Translations under genes and position numbers: made by a program
Notes under the pieces: model-generated
Databases searched by the model: none
Seen by the model: the letters and a program-made list of their open reading frames with translations, nothing else
Told to the model about the DNA's origin: nothing
In this document: positions 1 to 10,214 of the stretch, piece by piece
Numbering within the stretch: the stretch's first letter is position 1
Layout: every line of letters begins with the position of its first letter
Sequence record: OW969666.1
DNA length: 64,000 bases
Direction: 5' to 3' (one strand)
From: a plasmid

Positions 1-1014
1 GTGAATGACAATCAGATTTCTGTTCACTGGTCAGATCTACCGAAAGATGAGCTAACCCGTTTCTGCCAGGATGTCGATGCCGGCACTCAGGGTAATTTCC
101 TCATTGCACCGGTCAAAAAACTGACCCGCCGCAAACGCGGTGAGCATTCCACAAAAGCCAAATGTGAGAACCCGGCCTGGTATCGCCCGGAGCATTATAA
201 AAAGCTCTCCGGACAGCTCGGTCATGCCTACAATCGCCTGGTGAAAAAAGACAAAGAAACCGGGCAGGTCAGCCTGCGCATGCATGTTTCTCGTCACCCT
301 CTCTATGTCGCCGGCCGCCGTAAGGCGGGACGTAAATATGGCTTCCGTCCGGAACGTCAGCGCCTGCTCGATGCGCTCTGGCCAGTGCTCATCAGCTTCT
401 GTGATGCCGGCAAGCATACCGTCGGCATGTGTATCTCCCGTCTTGCAAAAGAACTCAGTGCAAAGGACGCAAAAGGCAATGTCATTCCTGAAACGGAGGT
501 GACGGTGTCACGCCTTTCACGGCTTATTGAGGAACAGGTACGGTTTGGCGTTCTGGGCCTCGCAGAAGAACGCGCCTGGGATCGTGAATCCCGCACCTGG
601 TTGCCAACGTATGTCTATATAACCCCCGTGGGATTCCAGATGCTGGGCGTCGATATGGACAAGCTGTTTAAAGAGCAGGAGAAGAAGCTCCGTCAGAGCG
701 CCGAGCGTGAGCAGCTGATCCGGGAAGGAGTGATGAGCGAACATGATGATGTTCAGGCCCACTCTGCGCGGAAATGCTGGTCTGGCCGTAAGCGTCGGGA
801 GGCACTCGTTTACCGCCGCAATAAAGGCGCGGAGCGTAAACGTGCCAACAATCTGATTAAGCTGCCGGCAGATGAACGACTCCATGCAATGTCTGAATGG
901 ATTTACCGCACCCTCCCGCCTGACGAAGCGTACTGGTGCACATCTGAGCGCCTGAAGGCTCTGGCCATCCAGCATCTTTACCAGCTGGATCTGGCGCTTT
1001 CTCCCCCGGACTAG
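1..1014 (+). CDS. repA: IncFII-family plasmid replication initiator RepA (RepA1-like). May be clipped at the window start, since it begins with GTG at position 1.
   Basis: 337-aa ORF with the basic C-terminal region and overall composition typical of IncFII_repA family initiators. It is followed by a terminator and an A/T-rich region carrying a DnaA box. Confidence 0.7.
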   Translation: MNDNQISVHWSDLPKDELTRFCQDVDAGTQGNFLIAPVKKLTRRKRGEHSTKAKCENPAWYRPEHYKKLSGQLGHAYNRLVKKDKETGQVSLRMHVSRHPLYVAGRRKAGRKYGFRPERQRLLDALWPVLISFCDAGKHTVGMCISRLAKELSAKDAKGNVIPETEVTVSRLSRLIEEQVRFGVLGLAEERAWDRESRTWLPTYVYITPVGFQMLGVDMDKLFKEQEKKLRQSAEREQLIREGVMSEHDDVQAHSARKCWSGRKRREALVYRRNKGAERKRANNLIKLPADERLHAMSEWIYRTLPPDEAYWCTSERLKALAIQHLYQLDLALSPPD

Positions 1015-1043
1015 TCACAGACGACACAACAGTCTTCTTGTTT

Positions 1044-1085
1044 ACGGGCCCCTCACCGGGGCTTTTCGTGCTGGTTTTTTTCGGC
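1044..1085 (+). terminator. Rho-independent terminator downstream of repA
   Basis: GC hairpin gggcccctcaccggggc followed by a T-run (ttttcgtgctggttttttt). Confidence 0.5.
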
Positions 1086-1317
1086 CACTCTGCTCATTTT
1101 TCAACCTTCACTCCGTTCTCCTTCCGGTCACCATGACGTTCTGCTTGTCGTTATGGCCCCCAGTGGCCACTGTCTCTTTTTTTTACACAGAAATCCGCAA
1201 ACGAATAAGTGAAGTAACCCGGAAACGAATAAAAGACATTCCGCAAAACAGTCTTACTTCACCGTTTTTATCTCTCTGTTCATTTCATTCCAGAGTAGAT
1301 CTTTGTCTGCAGTCACT

Positions 1318-1326
1318 CTGTGGATA
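1318..1326 (-). promoter_or_regulatory. DnaA box (TTATCCACA on the minus strand) within the putative oriR region, roughly 1100–1450
   Basis: Exact 9-mer TGTGGATAA, the reverse complement of the DnaA box consensus, ~300 bp downstream of repA, as in IncFII oriR. Confidence 0.4.
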
Positions 1327-1955
1327 ACGAAAAATGCCTTCGCATGCAGCGGCCTCACGGCCTCGCGCTCAGAACAAAATCAAAAGTACCTCCCGTCGCA
1401 AGCGCCGGGCCCCTTTCTGGCCAGAACCCGGCACCGCATACATACCTAACCCCTGCTAAACCGACGCCGCCCCGGCCCAAAGGGCCGGAACACCCTCGCT
1501 TTAAGAGGGATGTTGTAACTAGTATCAAGAGTAGCTGTAGTTAAGTCGCGGTAATCACTTCATACACGCTCGTAAGCGCCTGACGGCGCTAACGCGGAGA
1601 TACAGCCCGTCAGCGGCCATCGGCCTTGACGGACTCACTCCGACCGCGCACATTAGCAATCGGAAAGCTTTAAGCGGGTATAGCTTTGCAGGGAAAGGGA
1701 TGGGATTGGCAGAACCTATCAATCCGTAACGGCTGATGCCGGTTACGACGCCCCTCACCAGAATCACCCGGTTCAGCTCCGGCTGGCGTCTCCATGCCGC
1801 TTCGCGGCATACATGTTCCATGAACCCTGGACTACACAGGCTGGCCATCATGGGCGAAGGTTTACTGACAGCATCAGACTATTATTTTACCCTTTAAAGC
1901 AGGGTTGCCTAAATCCGGGAGCGCGATAAGCTTTAACGGGTGATTTTCAATCAGG

Positions 1956-2771
1956 ATGAGTAAAATGGATATAATTCTTCCGGGAAACAAAAGCCAGGCA
2001 CGACTCTGGGCAGAAACCATGATTAATCTGGAGGCCCGCAAACTCGTCAATACCGCTAATATTGTTGGCGCCCGACATCTGGGGGATGGATTGACGCGTC
2101 TCAAATTCATCGATGAAATTAAATCTGTCATTAATGGCGAATTTGAGCGTGCCCGGCGGGCAAAGTCTGACGAAGAGTGCATGACCTGCCTGCGTAACCT
2201 GCAGGCAGAAAACAGCAGTCTGCTTGAGCAGAGCCGGCAGCTCCAGACCGGTTATGCGAAACTATATGCCCAGATCAAATACGTCAGGGATGAAGACCGG
2301 ATGGTCGGTTATGTCATCTCAGGAATTAAAGTGGTGCTGGCAGGTATGCAGGGCGTATTTGGCTTCGTGCTGACTTCCTCAATGACCCCCGTAGGCGTTC
2401 TTGCCGGGGCTATTCTGATTGTCGACTCGGCCAACACGATAACCCGTGAAGTTGGTCGTCAGTTCCTGAATGAACCTGACACGCAGGGTATGTTTGGTGA
2501 TGGTGCCATGAACATCGCTAAATTCATGGGATTTGAACGATCAACAGGGTTAGGGATATACAACGGGATCGCGCTTGCAGGCAATATCTACAGTGTCTAT
2601 GGATTAATGGCCAGACCTGGGACATGGCGTCTGTTTAACTATATCAGCACCGATTTTTACCGGAAAATCGACACCATGTCCCGGGGTAAACTGACAATGA
2701 AAATTGTGGGATGGGGGGTAAAGGCTAAGGTTGTTTTCGATCTGATCACTTCTGATGACTCCGGGAAATGA
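1956..2771 (+). CDS. Hypothetical protein (DUF4225-like). N-terminal coiled-coil region plus a central glycine-rich hydrophobic helical hairpin, possibly a membrane-inserting toxin-like protein.
   Basis: 271-aa ORF with an SD-like 'aggatgagtaaaATG' just upstream. The central segment VVLAGMQGVFGFVLTSSMTPVGVLAGAILIV...GIALAGNIYSVYGL is strongly hydrophobic. Confidence 0.6.
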   Translation: MSKMDIILPGNKSQARLWAETMINLEARKLVNTANIVGARHLGDGLTRLKFIDEIKSVINGEFERARRAKSDEECMTCLRNLQAENSSLLEQSRQLQTGYAKLYAQIKYVRDEDRMVGYVISGIKVVLAGMQGVFGFVLTSSMTPVGVLAGAILIVDSANTITREVGRQFLNEPDTQGMFGDGAMNIAKFMGFERSTGLGIYNGIALAGNIYSVYGLMARPGTWRLFNYISTDFYRKIDTMSRGKLTMKIVGWGVKAKVVFDLITSDDSGK

Positions 2772-3075
2772 GATTTTTCCGGCGGTAATGCCATGATTTA
2801 TAGGCCAGCTTCAAAGGCATGGTAATCGTAAACAGAGTGCCAAGAACAAGAATAGCCACGCCGAAGGAAATGGTATGCATCCTCGAGCCAGCCAAAAGTG
2901 TGGCCACAAAAATCAGTAACATGACTGACAACACCCATATCAGGGCCTTAAAACGGTTTGCCAGATCGTTCAGCAGGGTATCCATCTCCGTACCCGTCTT
3001 AGCTGAACTGGCCCGCAGCCGGACAATGTCCTCTTCACTGAAGCCGTGGTTCATCAGATCACTTTCATGGTTCAT
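2746..3075 (-). CDS. Small inner-membrane protein, paralog A (soluble N-terminal ~45 aa followed by two TM helices), immunity-like
   Basis: 109-aa ORF convergent with the 271-aa gene and overlapping its 3' end. Its two-helix hydrophobic core is paralogous to the 113-aa ORF upstream of it. Confidence 0.55.
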   Translation of the reverse strand: MNHESDLMNHGFSEEDIVRLRASSAKTGTEMDTLLNDLANRFKALIWVLSVMLLIFVATLLAGSRMHTISFGVAILVLGTLFTITMPLKLAYKSWHYRRKNLISRSHQK

Positions 3076-3157
3076 GCTTCTCTCCTTTTCCCTGCGGGAA
3101 GTTTAACATGCCCTGCGCCAATAACCAGTTAAGCCCGACCGATAATCTGTCAGGTGG

Positions 3158-3499
3158 TTACGGGCTATCACTTTGCTGAAACCTGCCCCGGGCATTCTTC
3201 TGCAGGCGGAATGCTTTCCAGCCAAGAGCCGGTGGAAAGGTCAACCAGGCAATGGTCAGGACAACGAGGGAACTCATGCCGCCAGACAGGATATGTGTCC
3301 GGCTGCCGGCGATGAGAATGACCAGCATAATCAGAGCGAGCGCGACCGTGATCCATACCGATACCCGGAAGCGTCGTGAAAGTGCTGCAATGAAGCCCTG
3401 CATAGTGCCACCGGTTGCTGAAAGCCGCTCCAGTAAAGTATCCACATCACGGTTACTGAAACCTGCCTCAAGAAGCTCTTTCTCACTGATAGCCATCAC
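3158..3499 (-). CDS. Small inner-membrane protein, paralog B (same architecture as 2746–3075)
   Basis: 113-aa ORF with an N-terminal 'EKELLEAGFSNRDVDTLLERL' segment aligning to 'SEEDIVRLRASSAKTGTEMDTLLNDL' of paralog A, then two TM helices. Confidence 0.55.
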   Translation of the reverse strand: MMAISEKELLEAGFSNRDVDTLLERLSATGGTMQGFIAALSRRFRVSVWITVALALIMLVILIAGSRTHILSGGMSSLVVLTIAWLTFPPALGWKAFRLQKNARGRFQQSDSP

Positions 3500-3510
3500 G
3501 TCATCCTAAG

Positions 3511-4281
3511 TCAGCCAAAAGTAGTCTGTACCAGACCAATGATCCCCAGGTGGCCGGCGTAAGCATAATAAAAGAAATTACGCGGCATGAAACGCCTACG
3601 GCCCTCCGGACATATTTGCCTGCAGAATGAAACCACTGCCAGGGGGAATGCCAGAGTAGGCAGCGTGGCCAGTAATAATGTTTCTGCGGGCATATCCAGG
3701 AGATGCGATAACCCGTTTAAACAAATCAGTGACAGCACGGCAGTGATGGCTGCCAGCCGCTGCACTCCGGGTGTATCGCTGCCAGAAACCGTTGCCATAC
3801 TGATGGCCAGCGTTATTCCTGCCAGTCCGTAACTTGCCGGCTGCAGGGGCCAAATCATAAGGGCCAGGAGCAGATACCCGGCAAGCATTCCTTTCCGGCC
3901 GTGCCGGTACTGCAGGGCAAGCAGCTGCGTGACGCCTGCAAACACGAACAGAATGTTCAGGGCCCACCAGGGCTGTTGATTCTGGAAGGCCAGGCTGAAC
4001 ACCGGCTGCGTTATGACTGCCCAGATCCACAGACGATTGGCTCTCTTCTGCAGTCGCTCCGGGGTGCGCTGTACGTTCATCGCCCATATAAGCGTGAACA
4101 GGGGGAAGGCCATCCGGCCAAGCGCATACATCACCGGCAAGGCTGACGACAGAAACACCGTATTGGTGTGGTCGATAATCATGGCCAGAAGTGCGAGAAG
4201 TTTGACCATATCGAGTGCAGCGGGACTGAGCTGGCTGGCGTTCCGGATAGTGGGAAGAACGTCGGGTAATGAATGATTCAT
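3511..4281 (-). CDS. traX: F-pilin acetylase TraX
   Basis: 256-aa polytopic membrane protein with a TraX-family signature. It is an orphan: no traI upstream and no finO downstream. Confidence 0.8.
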   Translation of the reverse strand: MNHSLPDVLPTIRNASQLSPAALDMVKLLALLAMIIDHTNTVFLSSALPVMYALGRMAFPLFTLIWAMNVQRTPERLQKRANRLWIWAVITQPVFSLAFQNQQPWWALNILFVFAGVTQLLALQYRHGRKGMLAGYLLLALMIWPLQPASYGLAGITLAISMATVSGSDTPGVQRLAAITAVLSLICLNGLSHLLDMPAETLLLATLPTLAFPLAVVSFCRQICPEGRRRFMPRNFFYYAYAGHLGIIGLVQTTFG

Positions 4282-4647
4282 GCTGTATATTCCCCTGGCG
4301 ACACGCGGTTAACAGCCAGCCCTGAACATAATGCCAGAATGCCCTGCCGGTTTGCGTTGTGATCCTGACTCTGAGTTTCTCCAGAATCTTGCGCACCGCA
4401 AATTCTGATTTATCACGCAGCACGCGCATTGCGCCTGCCACATCCTTATTCTGAATACAGATACTTAAAATATGAAAATCGTTCATGACACTCCCTTACT
4501 TACTATATATATCGGCAAAAATATTGATATATTTAGATTAAGGAGTGTAATTGTTTATTATTTTACCATAGTTTGCAGGAGCAGTTTTTTATAATTATAA
4601 AACATGCTGCTGCAAAATAACTTCATATACATCTCAACCTAAACCTA

Positions 4648-5172
4648 TTATTCCTGGCTGATATCCGAAGAGGGAGCAGGATGAAGCTTTGCATAATCTT
4701 CTCGAAGCGATTTTGCCGCGGGTTTCCAGGCTTTCGCCCACTCATCATCCATTCTACCTACACCAACAATCTTCAGTGCGACAGCATAGGGAGTGCGCCC
4801 TTGCTGTTTTGAAAGCCACAGGATGTGATCATCAATTCTGTCATCAGGTATATCGTCGATAATGGAATGGATAACATCGAGGTCCTCTGATAGCCACGGC
4901 TTTCCAGTACGGGGAAACACCAGGTCCGGTTCGCGCGGTTTCTTTACCTTCTCGTTTTTGGCGATCTGTCTGGCTTCTTTCTCCGCAGAAATGAGTCGTA
5001 GTCGCTCCTTAAGCCCACCCAATGTGGCAACCGTTTTAATTAAATTTTCTCGCTGTTCGCGAGTAATACTTTGCTCATCACAGATCAGGTCGTTCAGGGT
5101 ATCGATGAGTGTATCCACCCGATTTTCTGTTAATTTCATTTCCAGTTCTCGCTTAAGGCTACAACTCAGCAT
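4648..5172 (-). CDS. Hypothetical acidic protein (likely start at MKLTENR, ~5139)
   Basis: 174-aa ORF with a coiled-coil/charged N-terminus. No family recognised. Confidence 0.45.
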   Translation of the reverse strand: MLSCSLKRELEMKLTENRVDTLIDTLNDLICDEQSITREQRENLIKTVATLGGLKERLRLISAEKEARQIAKNEKVKKPREPDLVFPRTGKPWLSEDLDVIHSIIDDIPDDRIDDHILWLSKQQGRTPYAVALKIVGVGRMDDEWAKAWKPAAKSLREDYAKLHPAPSSDISQE

Positions 5173-5313
5173 TCTATTAGATATCTATCTGATTTCGCAT
5201 CCCTGTTGATCTCATAAATGCAGCCCATAGTCTCGATCACTGACCATGGAAGCCTGATGCTAAAATGATATACTTATGTAAGAACAAATCTTACATAATG
5301 AAACGGAGGGGTT

Positions 5314-5574
5314 ATGGCCCGTACAATGACGGTGGACGTGGGTGATGAGCTGCGTGAATTTATCGATTCCCTGGTTAAGGCCGGTGATTACCGAACCCAG
5401 AGCGAAGTCATGCGTGACGCGCTGCGGCTGCTGCGCGAGAAGCAAGCTGAATCACGCCTTCAGGAACTGCGTGATCTGCTGGCCGAAGGCATCAGCAGCG
5501 GCGAGGCGAAACCATGGAACAAGGATGCATTCCTGAATAATGTCAGGGCCAGGATGGCAAATGAAAGAGATTGA
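5314..5574 (+). CDS. parD: ParD/RHH-type antitoxin
   Basis: 86 aa with an RHH-like N-terminus (MARTMTVDVGDELREFIDSLVKAGDYRTQSEVMRDALRLL). Its 3' end overlaps the toxin gene. Confidence 0.8.
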   Translation: MARTMTVDVGDELREFIDSLVKAGDYRTQSEVMRDALRLLREKQAESRLQELRDLLAEGISSGEAKPWNKDAFLNNVRARMANERD

Positions 5575-5857
5575 GCTGACACCAAAAGCAGAAGAAGATC
5601 TGGAGGCTATCTGGGACTACAGCTTCAGACAGTTCGGGGTTGTTCAGGCGGATGCGTATATCGGGCGTATAGCCGCAGTGTTTGATGTGCTGGCCATGCA
5701 TGACATCGGCACGCATCGCGCAGAGCTGGGAGAAGATATCTGCTCGCTGCCGGTGGAACAGCACATGATCTATTTTGTGTCATCACATTCGGTGGTTACG
5801 ATCATACGTATTCTCAGTCAGTCTCAGGATACGGCGCGGCATGAACCATGGATATAA
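5561..5857 (+). CDS. parE: ParE/RelE-family toxin
   Basis: Starts MKEIELTPKAEEDLEAIWDYS, typical of ParE. It overlaps parD and has a conserved C-terminus. Confidence 0.8.
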   Translation: MKEIELTPKAEEDLEAIWDYSFRQFGVVQADAYIGRIAAVFDVLAMHDIGTHRAELGEDICSLPVEQHMIYFVSSHSVVTIIRILSQSQDTARHEPWI

Positions 5858-6000
5858 CTGAATGTGTAAAATAACAATCAAATTAAATACTTAGTTCGCG
5901 CAATCTATCTTATGTTAAATTTAGTCCGTCGTTCATTTATTTTATACCCGACCGCAGACTACGATTAGTCATACACAGATATACTCTTTCATTTAGTTTA

Positions 6001-6030
6001 AAAAAAACGCTCCCTATCAGGAGCGTAAGC
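6001..6030 (-). terminator. Rho-independent terminator after pcoE (minus strand)
   Basis: On the minus strand, hairpin cgctcc-tgatag-ggagcg followed by a T8 run. Confidence 0.5.
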
Positions 6031-6076
6031 CAGTGACTTCGGCGTCAAATGAGGGTCTAACAAGTGGAGCTGCGGG

Positions 6077-6511
6077 TTAATTCTGGGTGATCTGACTACG
6101 ATGCTTATCAGCCTGCTGCTGGTGAACAACGGAAGACTGACCATTATTCGCCTTCTCATGCACAGCTGCGGCCTTCTCATGCTCGCTCATTTCAGAAAAT
6201 GACTTTGCTGTTTCGTTGGTAGCTCCTGGTTTAGCTTTCATCATTTTTTTATGCATTTCAGCCATGTCCTGGTGGGCAGCAGAATTGCTGTTTTGCATCA
6301 TGTCATGGGACATTGCGGCCTGATCGTGACTGCTCATATCCATCATTGTCATGCTGTCTCCCTGAATTGCACTTTTTTCAGCAGATGACTGCATCTGGTG
6401 GGCAGGTGCCTGTGCATTATTTACCTGGTCATGCATGTTCATTGTCTCTGCAGCCATGGCAGATGAAGCGGCAGCCATAATGGCAACAAATGATACAAGG
6501 ATCTTTTTCAT
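6077..6511 (-). CDS. pcoE: Periplasmic Cu/Ag-binding protein PcoE (SilE/PcoE family)
   Basis: Signal peptide MKKILVSFVAIMAAASSAMA, then repeated H/M-rich motifs (MxxH, HxxM). It is the last gene of the pcoABCDRSE order. Confidence 0.85.
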   Translation of the reverse strand: MKKILVSFVAIMAAASSAMAAETMNMHDQVNNAQAPAHQMQSSAEKSAIQGDSMTMMDMSSHDQAAMSHDMMQNSNSAAHQDMAEMHKKMMKAKPGATNETAKSFSEMSEHEKAAAVHEKANNGQSSVVHQQQADKHRSQITQN

Positions 6512-6685
6512 GGTTGGGTCTCCGGTGTTTACATCCCCAAACAATCAACGGCTTATGACAGAGAAAGCATTTGATCTCAGGGCGGGTTATTCATCACTCC
6601 AGGAACCAGGTGATTGCGTTATCACCCTGCTCCTGATTTATGAATGATTATAAAAAACCGCATCTGTTTATCGCGTGACTGGATG

Positions 6686-6701
6686 ATGACAATTTTGTCA
6701 C
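6686..6701. promoter_or_regulatory. CusR/PcoR-type box upstream of pcoE
   Basis: Palindrome ATGACAATTTTGTCAC in the pcoS–pcoE intergenic region. Confidence 0.5.
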
Positions 6702-6728
6702 CTTCCAGGTTTCTCCTGAATAACGGGG

Positions 6729-8129
6729 TTAATCCATTAACAGGCGCACTTTGAACACAATTTCCCGCCCCTGCTGTTCTGCTGACAGCTCGCCGCCGTG
6801 AGCATGAATGATTGACCTCGTTATTGATAACCCCAGCCCCGCGCCTTCCGTGTTGTGGACCCGTGATGAGTCTGCGCGATAGAACCGGTCAAACAAACGT
6901 TCAAGATTAGCGGGAACCGGGCCAGACATCGTATTCGTAATCATCACGTTCACACAGTCACTGTCATGCTCAAGGCGTATCGCTGTACAGGTGTTATCGG
7001 GAGAATACTTGATTGCATTCGAAAGCAGGTTACTGAAAGCACGCCGCAGCATGTCGCTGTCTCCGGCAATAACCCCTTCACCTTCAACCGTGATTGTCTT
7101 TCCTGTCTCGTCTGCAAGGGGCTCGAATAACTCACGTAATTCATTCAGTTCGGCGGCCAGATCCACATCATGTTTATCCAGCTGCAGCAGACCATGCTCT
7201 GAACGTGCCAGAAAAAGCATGTCACTGGTCATTCGTGACAACCTTTTCAGTTCTTCCAGGTTAGCGAATAAAATTTCGCGGTAATGCGAAACATCCCTTT
7301 CCTTAGCCAGTGCAAACTGCGTCTGCATCATCAGATTACTGACCGGTGTGCGCAGCTCATGCGCGATGTCAGACGAGAAATCTGACAGTTTCCGGAATGA
7401 ACCCTCCAGGCGATCGAACATGTTATTGAATTCCTGCATGGTCTCTGAGATTTCCGGCGGAGCCAGATCGGGATTAAGACGCTGATCCAGGCTGTGCACG
7501 GTCATGGAGGAAGCCAGACTGGTCATTTCCCGTAACGGTTTCAGACCAATGCGTGTGGTCAGCCAGCCCAGAAAAACAGAAATAAAAACCAGACCGATAT
7601 TGAACCAGAACAGCCAGGTACTGAGCTTATCCATAAACAGGGTGTGATACCCGGTATCCGTGGCAACCGTAACGATGAAATGTTTGCTTTTACCCTGTTC
7701 CGGCGTCACGGCAACCCGCCGCGAGATACTGCGGTATACGGTGTTATTTTCTTCCGTCTGGATCATATAGTCGAGAATATCCCCCGACTTATTTAGCAGG
7801 ACCGCTGGAACAACAGAATTTTTGGCATACAGTTCCACCAGTTTTTCATTTTCCATATTTTTTATAGAAATGAATAAGCCATTGTGCCCCACCATCGCAT
7901 CGTTTATTTTTTCTGATAATGACTTAATATCCGTTTTGTTCCTGAACGTCTCTGTTTTAAGAAACTCTTCGGTGAGCTGAAGTTTACCAGTCAGAAAATC
8001 GCGATCCTGATTATCGAAATAGCCATTAAGGGTGCTAATCAGGATAAAACTTGATAACCACCATACCGTAAGCATCACTGCAGAAAAAATCAGGCTCAGG
8101 CGTGTGGTCAGGGAAATTTTGAACCTCAC
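6729..8129 (-). CDS. pcoS: Copper-sensing histidine kinase PcoS
   Basis: 466 aa with two TM segments, HAMP, the HisKA H-box 'AHELRTP' and an HATPase_c domain. It overlaps pcoR by 4 bp. Confidence 0.85.
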   Translation of the reverse strand: MRFKISLTTRLSLIFSAVMLTVWWLSSFILISTLNGYFDNQDRDFLTGKLQLTEEFLKTETFRNKTDIKSLSEKINDAMVGHNGLFISIKNMENEKLVELYAKNSVVPAVLLNKSGDILDYMIQTEENNTVYRSISRRVAVTPEQGKSKHFIVTVATDTGYHTLFMDKLSTWLFWFNIGLVFISVFLGWLTTRIGLKPLREMTSLASSMTVHSLDQRLNPDLAPPEISETMQEFNNMFDRLEGSFRKLSDFSSDIAHELRTPVSNLMMQTQFALAKERDVSHYREILFANLEELKRLSRMTSDMLFLARSEHGLLQLDKHDVDLAAELNELRELFEPLADETGKTITVEGEGVIAGDSDMLRRAFSNLLSNAIKYSPDNTCTAIRLEHDSDCVNVMITNTMSGPVPANLERLFDRFYRADSSRVHNTEGAGLGLSITRSIIHAHGGELSAEQQGREIVFKVRLLMD

Positions 8130-8812
8130 TCTTCTCTGATCTCCAGGACATATCCGGCACCGCGAACGGTATGGATCAGTTTTGGTTCAAAGTCATCATC
8201 AATTTTACTTCTCAGACGTCTCACGGCGACATCAATCACATTCGTATCACTGTCAAAGTTCATATTCCAGACCAAGGACGAGATAAGACTCCTGGGTAAC
8301 ACTTCTCCGGTGCGTTGCAACAGCAACTCAAGCAGAACGTATTCTTTACCGGTGAGATGGATCTTCTTCCCCGAACGGATCACGGTTCGGCGCACCATAT
8401 CAACGGTCATATCGGCGATGGTGCAAACCGTTGCGGACTGCGAGCGTGCCCGCCGCAGTAAGGTTCTTACACGTGCAACCAGCTCCGTAAAATCGAAGGG
8501 CTTAATCAGGTAGTCATCTGCACCAAGCTCCAGTCCTTTCACTTTGTCCCGCACGTTGTCTTTTGCGGTTAAAAACAGGACCGGTTCTTCGTGCCCGGAC
8601 TTCCTCAGTGCGCTGATGATTTGCCACCCGTCGAGGAAAGGCAGCATCACGTCCAGTATTATCAAATCATACTGTCCCTTCGACGCGGCCCCAAGACCAT
8701 CGCGGCCATTATTAAAGAGATCGGCCTGATAGCCTTCCTCAACCAGTCCCTGCTGCAGGTAACGACCTGTTTTTTGTTCGTCTTCAACGATTAAAATACG
8801 CTGCATGGTCAA
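8126..8812 (-). CDS. pcoR: OmpR-family response regulator PcoR
   Basis: 228 aa with a receiver domain ([11 protein letters not shown]) and a winged-helix C-terminus, similar to SilR downstream. Confidence 0.85.
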   Translation of the reverse strand: MTMQRILIVEDEQKTGRYLQQGLVEEGYQADLFNNGRDGLGAASKGQYDLIILDVMLPFLDGWQIISALRKSGHEEPVLFLTAKDNVRDKVKGLELGADDYLIKPFDFTELVARVRTLLRRARSQSATVCTIADMTVDMVRRTVIRSGKKIHLTGKEYVLLELLLQRTGEVLPRSLISSLVWNMNFDSDTNVIDVAVRRLRSKIDDDFEPKLIHTVRGAGYVLEIREE

Positions 8813-8860
8813 CTCGCTGATATGAAAGTAAAAATCTCACGCGTGAGCGTTGGTTGTCCC

Positions 8861-9790
8861 TTAGCTGACCTGAGACGGAGCAAGCATTCCGAGCCACGCT
8901 ACGGCACCCAGAATGATAATCGCAACAACGAATTCTGTCAGGATGCTGTTTCGCATCAGGGCAACGCTGCGATCATAATTCCCTTCCCTGACCATAACTT
9001 CAAGCCGGGGACCCAGGTGAAACCGGTTTGCTGCAGCCAGAAGAAGCATCAGAACAAACAGAGCCGTCTTAGCAAGCAATATTCCCCCCCAGGAGCTGTT
9101 GAATAAGGGGGTTAAGTTACCTTCAGCAATATACAGATAGTTGACCATCGCACTCAGGATCAGGGCTACAACAATCACCGTACCTGCCGTGGCAAATTTT
9201 GCCAGGGAGTCAGATATCACAATGACGCTCTGTGCATTGTGCGCGTTTCTGCGCATCAGCAGGATAGCAAATGCAACCAGAGCACCTGTCCAGGCACCTG
9301 CAGCGCCGAGATGAGTCAGATCGCTCAGTAAATGGAGATAGTAATGCAGACCGTCATGCATGACGGCGTGTCCTCCCCAGGCAAGTGTAGCCAGCGCCAC
9401 GCCCCCACTCATCGTCATCAGCAGGCAGGACAATAGTCTCTTGTTAGTGTAAAGGAACAAAGCACCGAGAGTGATAAACAGTGCACAAAGTCTGACAATC
9501 CAGCTAATACCTACATCAGTTTCTTCTATAACCATCTCGATAATATGGATGGATAATTCCCTGAGATCAGTTACTCCGCTCATGGCATTAGATACCAGGA
9601 GCATATTAATGCCAGTAAGAATGATGCCTGCAACAACAGCAAAGGTTATAAACGACCTGAAATTAGTCAGGTTATACGTTTCATGTCTGACACCACTTAA
9701 TCCATATATCTGAAAAAATGGCAATCCAAATATTACCATCAAATCAAGATAAAGAAGAAAACGAATAACAATCATAATCAGGTCGTTCAT
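8861..9790 (-). CDS. pcoD: Copper resistance inner-membrane protein PcoD
   Basis: 309-aa polytopic membrane protein in the position of pcoD. Confidence 0.8.
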   Translation of the reverse strand: MNDLIMIVIRFLLYLDLMVIFGLPFFQIYGLSGVRHETYNLTNFRSFITFAVVAGIILTGINMLLVSNAMSGVTDLRELSIHIIEMVIEETDVGISWIVRLCALFITLGALFLYTNKRLLSCLLMTMSGGVALATLAWGGHAVMHDGLHYYLHLLSDLTHLGAAGAWTGALVAFAILLMRRNAHNAQSVIVISDSLAKFATAGTVIVVALILSAMVNYLYIAEGNLTPLFNSSWGGILLAKTALFVLMLLLAAANRFHLGPRLEVMVREGNYDRSVALMRNSILTEFVVAIIILGAVAWLGMLAPSQVS

Positions 9791-9794
9791 AATA

Positions 9795-10175
9795 TTACTT
9801 CACTGTAAAGGTGTAATTACCGGTAATAGGGTGCGTATCTGAAGAAACTGCGCGCCAGTCAACACGATAAGTGCCAGCGGGTAAAGGTTCTCGCGGAATA
9901 ATGACCATCGATTTAGGGTCAGCGCCTGGTGCCACTTTTGCCGCGACCGGCATCGGAGAATGTGATGACATACCTTTCATACCCGTCATCGTTAATTTTG
10001 CACCTGAGAATTTCACGGTCAGATCTTCCGAGAAATTAAGCTGAATCTTATCCGGGGCCGCTACGGCCGAATCAGCCTGTGGCACAGAGCTTTTTAATTC
10101 CGGATGGGCCATAGCAGAAAAAGCGACGCCCATAACCAGGCCACCTGTAAGAATGGCTTTATGTAAAATCGACAT
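9795..10175 (-). CDS. pcoC: Periplasmic copper-binding protein PcoC
   Basis: 126 aa with a signal peptide, a CopC fold and a Met-rich loop ([13 protein letters not shown]). Confidence 0.85.
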   Translation of the reverse strand: MSILHKAILTGGLVMGVAFSAMAHPELKSSVPQADSAVAAPDKIQLNFSEDLTVKFSGAKLTMTGMKGMSSHSPMPVAAKVAPGADPKSMVIIPREPLPAGTYRVDWRAVSSDTHPITGNYTFTVK

Positions 10176-10214
10176 ATTATTTACCTGTTTAGTTTAGTGT
10201 TTTAAGTCAACGCA

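Noticed and set aside
1555-1851. 98-aa minus-strand ORF downstream of repA
   Set aside because: No RBS and Cys/Arg-rich composition. It lies within the putative origin region and was treated as non-coding.
3596-4486. 296-aa minus-strand ORF overlapping traX
   Set aside because: It is out of frame across the whole traX gene, with proline/arginine-rich junk typical of an antisense or alternate-frame artefact. Only its first ~65 codons (4283–4486) lie outside traX, and they look like a remnant.
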